Shown one piece after another: positions 58,702 through 64,000 of a stretch of 64,000 nucleotides of DNA (its first letter is position 1; each line of letters begins with the position of its first letter). Under the pieces are notes generated by a model. It was not told the origin of the DNA. It searched no databases and was given only the letters and a program-made list of their open reading frames with translations. The translations under genes and the position numbers were made by a program. The stretch is from Acholeplasmataceae bacterium. GTDB taxonomy: Bacteria > Bacillota_I > Bacilli_A > Acholeplasmatales > Acholeplasmataceae. The DNA is taken from positions 1,184,001 through 1,248,000 of the forward strand of contig OY775910.1 in assembly GCA_963675245.1 (NCBI GenBank), written 5' to 3'.

Positions 58702-59457
58702 ATGAGAACTTCAAATCCAGTATTTCGTTCACTAGAAAATACACAAACATATGATGAATCACTTGCTGGTTCAGCGACTTATCGTGGCATCACAGCTAAA
58801 ACATTAACGTTGTTACTAACTATGGTTGCTAGTGGATTCCTATTTATATATGGTTTAATCAGTGGTTTTATTCCTGAAGAATCTTTATTTGGATTCTTAA
58901 TCGGTGCATTGATTGTTGGATTTATTTCTGTTTTAATCGGATCTAGAAGTGTCAATATGGCGATGCCATTTGGTATTATATACGCAATAGCAGAAGGTAT
59001 TTTATTAGGAACAATTACTGCATTAATTGGTGCCGCAATGGGTGAATGGAATATTCCTATTACCGCATTAATCGGTACAGCAGCCATCTTCACCGTTATG
59101 TTGTTCTTATATTCCAGTAGAATTATCAGAGTCACGCCAAGGATGAGACGATTACTTTATAGTATATTACTCGGCGCATTGGTTTTTATGATGATTTATG
59201 GTATTCTATTGTGGGTCAACCCAAGCTTTATGGTATCTGTTTATAGTCCAGGTTTAGCATTAGGTATTACAGCTGTTCTCATTGTCCTAGGTGCATTTAT
59301 GCTCACACTTGATTTTGAAAGAGCAGAAGCGATTATATCAGGTGGATATGACAAGCGATATGAATGGGTTGTATCGATTGGCTTAATGGTCACGCTTGTT
59401 TGGATTTATGTTGAACTTTTAAGATTCTTATTAATTCTTGCTTCAAGAAATAGATAA
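58702..59457 (+). CDS. Bax inhibitor-1/YccA family membrane protein
   Basis: RTSNPVF start, about 7 TM, LDF..E......K.YEW....GL.VTLVWIYVELLRFL. Confidence 0.88.
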   Translation: MRTSNPVFRSLENTQTYDESLAGSATYRGITAKTLTLLLTMVASGFLFIYGLISGFIPEESLFGFLIGALIVGFISVLIGSRSVNMAMPFGIIYAIAEGILLGTITALIGAAMGEWNIPITALIGTAAIFTVMLFLYSSRIIRVTPRMRRLLYSILLGALVFMMIYGILLWVNPSFMVSVYSPGLALGITAVLIVLGAFMLTLDFERAEAIISGGYDKRYEWVVSIGLMVTLVWIYVELLRFLLILASRNR

Positions 59458-59465
59458 TAAATTTT

Positions 59466-59671
59466 TGATTGAAGAGTAGTAACTAATCATGTTTTAGTTA
59501 AGCGAGCATAGAACGGTGAAAGCTATGCCTAAACTGATGAGTGAATTCACTTCATAGAGATGCTAATAACATCCGTATGCTTGCGTTAAAAGCGTTGAGG
59601 GCTAGAGATGACTCTAGAACTAAGGTGGTACCGCGAATTTTCGTCCTTAGATATATTCTAAGGACTTTTTT
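59466..59671 (+). ncRNA. T-box riboswitch (Phe specifier) with terminator
   Basis: Stem I with AGCGAG and GGTGAA motifs; specifier TTC at 59546-59548; T-box AAGGTGGTACCGCG at 59622-59635; terminator GTCCTTAGA-TATAT-TCTAAGGAC-TTTTTT. Confidence 0.93.
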
Positions 59672-59693
59672 ATTTAAAAATAAGGAGATTATT

Positions 59694-60707
59694 ATGAAAA
59701 ACTTATCAGGTATTAAAGATACCGTCATGGCTTTAATTAAACAAGCAGAGACATTAGAAGCGCTTGATGATATTCGTGTAAAATATCTTTCTAAAAAAGG
59801 TAAAATATCATTATTAATGGGTGAACTTAGAAACTTACCTCCTGAAGAAAGACCAACTTTTGGTGCACATGTCAATGACCTAAAACAAGATGTTGGTTTA
59901 GCACTTGCAAACAAAAAAGAGTTCATTGAAGATCAGCTACTACTCGCATCACTTGAAAGAGAAAAGATAGATGTAACATTACCAGGCTATCAGTTTTATA
60001 AAGGTAGTATTCATCCATTGAATCAAGTCATTGAAGATCTTGAAGATCTCTTTATTGGTATGGGTTATAAAGTGGCTGAAGGTCCAGAAGTGGAAAACGA
60101 CTATTATAATTTTGAAATGATGAATTTAGAAAAAGATCATCCAGCAAGAGATATGCAAGATACATTTTATATCAGTGAAGAATTATTACTAAGAACACAC
60201 ACCTCTCCTGTTCAAGCGAGAACAATGCTTGAAATGAAAGGTAATCCTTTAAAGATTATTTGTCCGGGTAAAGTATATCGCAGAGACGATGATGATCCCA
60301 CACACTCTCATCAATTCCAACAAATTGAAGGCTTAGTTATTGATAAAAATATTTCACTAGCCAACTTAAAAGATGCCTTACTTAAAATGGCAAGACACCT
60401 CTTTGGTGAAGATCGAGAAATCAGATTAAGACCATCATATTTTCCTTTTACTGAGCCATCAGTTGAAGTAGATGTCTCATATATTAAAAAAGATGGAACA
60501 GTTGGATATATTGAAATACTAGGTGCAGGTATGGTTCACCCTAACGTCTTAAAGATGGGTGGATATGATCCTGATGTGTATAGTGGATTCGCATTTGGTG
60601 TTGGGGTTGAACGAATCGCTATACTAAAATATCAAATTGATGATATTAGACATTTTTATACCAATGATCTTCGTTTCTTAAGTCAGTTTAAAGGGGATGT
60701 TAGATAA
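59694..60707 (+). CDS. pheS: phenylalanine--tRNA ligase alpha subunit
   Basis: [42 protein letters not shown]; start ATG 59694 after AAGGAG. Confidence 0.97.
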   Translation: MKNLSGIKDTVMALIKQAETLEALDDIRVKYLSKKGKISLLMGELRNLPPEERPTFGAHVNDLKQDVGLALANKKEFIEDQLLLASLEREKIDVTLPGYQFYKGSIHPLNQVIEDLEDLFIGMGYKVAEGPEVENDYYNFEMMNLEKDHPARDMQDTFYISEELLLRTHTSPVQARTMLEMKGNPLKIICPGKVYRRDDDDPTHSHQFQQIEGLVIDKNISLANLKDALLKMARHLFGEDREIRLRPSYFPFTEPSVEVDVSYIKKDGTVGYIEILGAGMVHPNVLKMGGYDPDVYSGFAFGVGVERIAILKYQIDDIRHFYTNDLRFLSQFKGDVR

Positions 60708-63064
60708 TGATTATTACAAAAAATATGTTGAAAAACTTTGTGAGTATTCCAGACGATATTTATGATGTTACATATAACAATATCATTGAAGTTGAAGCAT
60801 TTGAAAAAATTAATGAAGCAACAAAGTTAGTGATTGGTCATGTACTATCTTGTGAATATCACCCTAATTCTGATCACTTGCATAAAACAACCGTCGATTT
60901 AGGAGACCGTATAGAACATATCGTATGTGGTGCACCTAATGTTAAAGCTGGTCAGTACGTGATTGTTGCTCAAGTCGGATCAGTGTTACCAGGTAACTTT
61001 GAAATTAAAGCATCCAATATACGTGGTGAAGCATCCAATGGTATGATTTGCTCATTACAAGAATTAGGATTTGAAGAATCTCAAATTCCTGAAGCGTATA
61101 GAGATGGTATTTACGCTTTTGATCATGACGTTGAAATAGGAAAGCCAGCACTAGAAGAACTCGCTTTAAATGGCTGGAAAATGACATTAGGTTTGACACC
61201 TAATAGAGCAGATCTATTATCAACGTTGGGTTTTGCATATGATTTAGCTGCAATGACGAATCAGACCGTAAAAGTTCCAGTTCACAACATCACAGAAACA
61301 ACTGTTAAAAATCCTGTGAAGGTTTCTATTGAATCAGAAGGTTGTGGTCGTTATTATGCGCGATATATCGAAAACATTAAAGTTAAAGAATCACCATGGT
61401 GGTTAAAGAGTGAACTTTTAGCGAGAGATATGAATCCAATTAATAACGTCGTGGATATATCAAATTATGTGTTATTAGAATATGGCACACCACTTCATAT
61501 GTTTGATGCATCTAAAATAAAAACAAATGACATTTTAGTAAGAGATGCAAAAGAGGGTGAAACAGTCATTTCACTAGATGATCAAAAACGTGTGTTAACA
61601 CGTGATGATGTGGTCATTACCAATGGAAAAGAACCAATCGCGATAGCTGGTGTGATGGGTTTACAAAATACGATGATTGATGATCATACAACATCAGTCA
61701 TTCTTGAAGCAGCATACTTTGAACCTAAACGAATTCAAAAAACATCTAAACGTCTCGATTTAAGAAGTGATTCTTCACTTCGTTTCGAACGTGGTATTGA
61801 TGACCAAAGAGTTATGTTAGGTTTAGAAAGAGCCACTGAATTACTAATCGAACTTGCTGACGCGACTGTTAGAAAAGGCATTGCTAGTGCCATTCATCAT
61901 GACATTAAACAGCCTGTAATTCATTTACAAACTGAATATGTTCATAAGCTTTTAGGTGAAGTAGTCCATTCAACACAATTAGAATCATATTTTGATCGTT
62001 TCCGTTATCAATATGAAACATTAGATGATGGTTATAATATCACGCCACCTAGTGATCGAAACGATTTGCAAATTCCTGCAGATTTAATTGAAGAAATCGC
62101 TAGAGTTCATGGTTTAAATAAAATTCCAAGTGTTCAAGAAACAACATTGACAAATGGTTTACTCAGTCCAAAACAAATGAGAAATAGACGTCTTAGACAT
62201 CTCCTTGCAGATTTAGGTTTACAAGAAGCCATTTCTTATAGCTTAGTACCTGAAACAAGCGTAAAAGATTACCAAGATTTAGGTGAACCCCTTAATGTGT
62301 TACAACCGATGTCTGAAGATAAGAAGTCATTAAGACAATCATTACTAAATGGCTTGTTAGAAGCAACCACTTATAATGTTGCGAGACAAGCAGAAAATGT
62401 TCATTTATTTGAAATTGGTCATGTGTATGCCAAAGGAGTTGAACGTGAAAGTTTGGCAATAACCTTATCAGGTACATGGCAGCAATCCTTATGGCAAAAA
62501 GTAGAAGTGCCTGCAGATTTCTTTATTTTAAAAGGGCTTTTAGAACGTGTATTTGCTTATTTAAAATTAGATGTCACATATGAAGCAACTTCTGATAAAG
62601 GATTTTTGCATCCATACAAACAAGCTCATATTATTTATCACAAGCAAGTGATTGGGTATATGGGTGAACTTCATCCTAAAGAAGCTAAGTCAAAAGATCT
62701 AGATCGTGTGTTAGTAGCTGAAATTAATTTAGCATTATTGCCTATTTCACCACAACCACTAGCATTTGAAGCAATATCTAGATTTCCAAGTGTCAGTAGA
62801 GATTTAGCGATTGTCGTAGACGAAGATTTAAAAGTCGGTGAATTGATGGCAATCATGACACAAACAGTAAGAAAAAATTTAGTATCTTTAGATCTTTTTG
62901 ATGTTTATCAAGGTGAACATGTAGAAGAAGGAAAGAAATCACTAGCATTTAGATTTGTATTTAATGATGAAGGACAAACACTTGAACGTGATACAGTAGA
63001 TAAATTGATGAAAAAAGTCATTGGTAGATTATCTCATATGTATCAAGCAACCGTAAGAAATTAA
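60707..63064 (+). CDS. pheT: phenylalanine--tRNA ligase beta subunit
   Basis: IVCGAPNV, LTPNRAD, RFERG, DLIEEIAR, SRFP...RDLA. Confidence 0.97.
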   Translation: MIITKNMLKNFVSIPDDIYDVTYNNIIEVEAFEKINEATKLVIGHVLSCEYHPNSDHLHKTTVDLGDRIEHIVCGAPNVKAGQYVIVAQVGSVLPGNFEIKASNIRGEASNGMICSLQELGFEESQIPEAYRDGIYAFDHDVEIGKPALEELALNGWKMTLGLTPNRADLLSTLGFAYDLAAMTNQTVKVPVHNITETTVKNPVKVSIESEGCGRYYARYIENIKVKESPWWLKSELLARDMNPINNVVDISNYVLLEYGTPLHMFDASKIKTNDILVRDAKEGETVISLDDQKRVLTRDDVVITNGKEPIAIAGVMGLQNTMIDDHTTSVILEAAYFEPKRIQKTSKRLDLRSDSSLRFERGIDDQRVMLGLERATELLIELADATVRKGIASAIHHDIKQPVIHLQTEYVHKLLGEVVHSTQLESYFDRFRYQYETLDDGYNITPPSDRNDLQIPADLIEEIARVHGLNKIPSVQETTLTNGLLSPKQMRNRRLRHLLADLGLQEAISYSLVPETSVKDYQDLGEPLNVLQPMSEDKKSLRQSLLNGLLEATTYNVARQAENVHLFEIGHVYAKGVERESLAITLSGTWQQSLWQKVEVPADFFILKGLLERVFAYLKLDVTYEATSDKGFLHPYKQAHIIYHKQVIGYMGELHPKEAKSKDLDRVLVAEINLALLPISPQPLAFEAISRFPSVSRDLAIVVDEDLKVGELMAIMTQTVRKNLVSLDLFDVYQGEHVEEGKKSLAFRFVFNDEGQTLERDTVDKLMKKVIGRLSHMYQATVRN

Positions 63065-63087
63065 CCTGAGCAATCAGGTTTTTCTTT
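63063..63087 (+). terminator. intrinsic terminator
   Basis: AACCTGA-GCAA-TCAGGTT-TTTCTTT. Confidence 0.85.
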
Positions 63088-63129
63088 GTTTGAAGTGTTT
63101 TCGTGTATAATATTACATAGGTGATGAAT

Positions 63130-64000
63130 GTGTTAATTTATGATTTGACATTTGAAGAACTCGTATCCTTTTTAGGGGAACGAGGATTTAAAAAATACCG
63201 TGCTGATCAAGTTTGGCATTGGTTATATAAACAAAAAGTTACAGCGTTTAGTGATATGAATAATATTCCTTTAGACCTCATTCATTTATTAGAGGAATCT
63301 TTTACGTTAAAAGCATTGGATCTTGTGTTAAAAAACATCAGTGCAGATGGCACGATGAAAGTATTATATGGCTTAAAAGATAATAATCTTATCGAGTCTG
63401 TTTTAATGAAACATCATTATGGTAATTCCATCTGTGTTACAACCCAAGTAGGGTGTAATATTGGGTGTTCCTTCTGTGCTTCAGGCTTACTTAAAAAGCA
63501 ACGTGATTTAACATCTGGAGAGATTATCGCACAAGTGTTAGAAACAGAAAAACTACTTGGTGAACGGATTAATTATGTGGTCGTCATGGGGATTGGTGAA
63601 CCATTGGACAATTATCTTAATCTCACGAAGTTTTTAACGACGATCAACCATTCTAAAGGGCTTGCAATTGGTGCAAGACATATTACTGTATCAACATCTG
63701 GTATTGTGCCTAAAATTAAAGAATATGCACATTTCCCGCTGCAAATTAATTTAGCAATTAGTCTTCATGCGCCGAATAATGAGATCAGAACATCATTGAT
63801 GAAAATCAATAAAGCTTATCCAATCGAGGAAGTCATTGATGCAATTAAATATTATTTAAAGGTAGCGAATCGAAGAGTGACAATTGAATATATTTTAATT
63901 GATGGTGTCAATGATATGCCAGAAGTAGCTCTTGAACTCGTTGCTAGATTAAGAGGACTCAATGTATATGTGAATTTAATCCCATATAATGAAGTACTTG
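63130..64000 (+). CDS. rlmN: 23S rRNA m2A2503 methyltransferase (partial, runs off the window; not in the ORF track)
   Basis: Frame reads LIYDLTFEEL...YRADQVWHWLY...ICVTTQVGCNIGCSFCASG (CxxxCxxC)...VVMGIGEP...ITVSTSG...ISLHAPN; start GTG 63130 or ATG 63124. Confidence 0.93.
   Translation, partial: MLIYDLTFEELVSFLGERGFKKYRADQVWHWLYKQKVTAFSDMNNIPLDLIHLLEESFTLKALDLVLKNISADGTMKVLYGLKDNNLIESVLMKHHYGNSICVTTQVGCNIGCSFCASGLLKKQRDLTSGEIIAQVLETEKLLGERINYVVVMGIGEPLDNYLNLTKFLTTINHSKGLAIGARHITVSTSGIVPKIKEYAHFPLQINLAISLHAPNNEIRTSLMKINKAYPIEEVIDAIKYYLKVANRRVTIEYILIDGVNDMPEVALELVARLRGLNVYVNLIPYNEVL

Noticed and set aside
59541..59693. 51-aa N-terminal extension of PheS in the ORF track
   Set aside because: It runs through the T-box and terminator; the SD and ATG are at 59682-59696
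1193..62856. Many 60-125 aa ORFs antisense or out of frame within long genes (e.g. 1193-1426, 2465-2734, 39713-40021, 58779-59135, 59552-59926)
   Set aside because: They overlap well-supported genes and show no recognisable motifs; expected shadow ORFs
1..64000. CRISPR arrays, IS elements, prophage, tRNA/rRNA
   Set aside because: No spaced direct repeats, transposase or integrase ORFs, or structural RNA signatures other than the T-box; intergenic gaps are short and explained by promoters and terminators

Overview
AT-rich, gene-dense bacterial chromosome segment read with the standard code (TGA used as stop, Trp as TGG). PolC, a T-box riboswitch, a GT4 glycolipid-synthase-like gene, many lipoproteins and no cell-wall genes in this window suggest a low-GC Bacillota/Mollicutes organism, probably Acholeplasmatales/Izemoplasmatales-like (inference). 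The centre (~15.9-43.4 kb) is a ~27 kb starch/pullulan/glycogen locus: seven GH13 enzymes, MalQ, GlgP, a LacI regulator with recurring operator-like sites, a maltodextrin ABC transporter with enlarged permeases, a secreted non-catalytic multi-CBM protein and a small lipoprotein coupled to a secreted pullulanase. At 49.1-51.8 kb is an ECF sigma / membrane anti-sigma / RsgI(SEAL)-domain lipoprotein module. It has a duplicated promoter-like motif, and the second copy lies inside a hairpin that masks the downstream ribosome-binding site. The rest is housekeeping and metabolism (P-type ATPase, arcA, pgpA, msrB, CHR pair, 5'-nucleotidase lipoprotein, acpP, galKT, leuS, ytqAB-like, polC, pheST, partial rlmN). 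I saw no rRNA, tRNA, CRISPR array or mobile element. All family calls come from motif recognition by eye; no database search was run.
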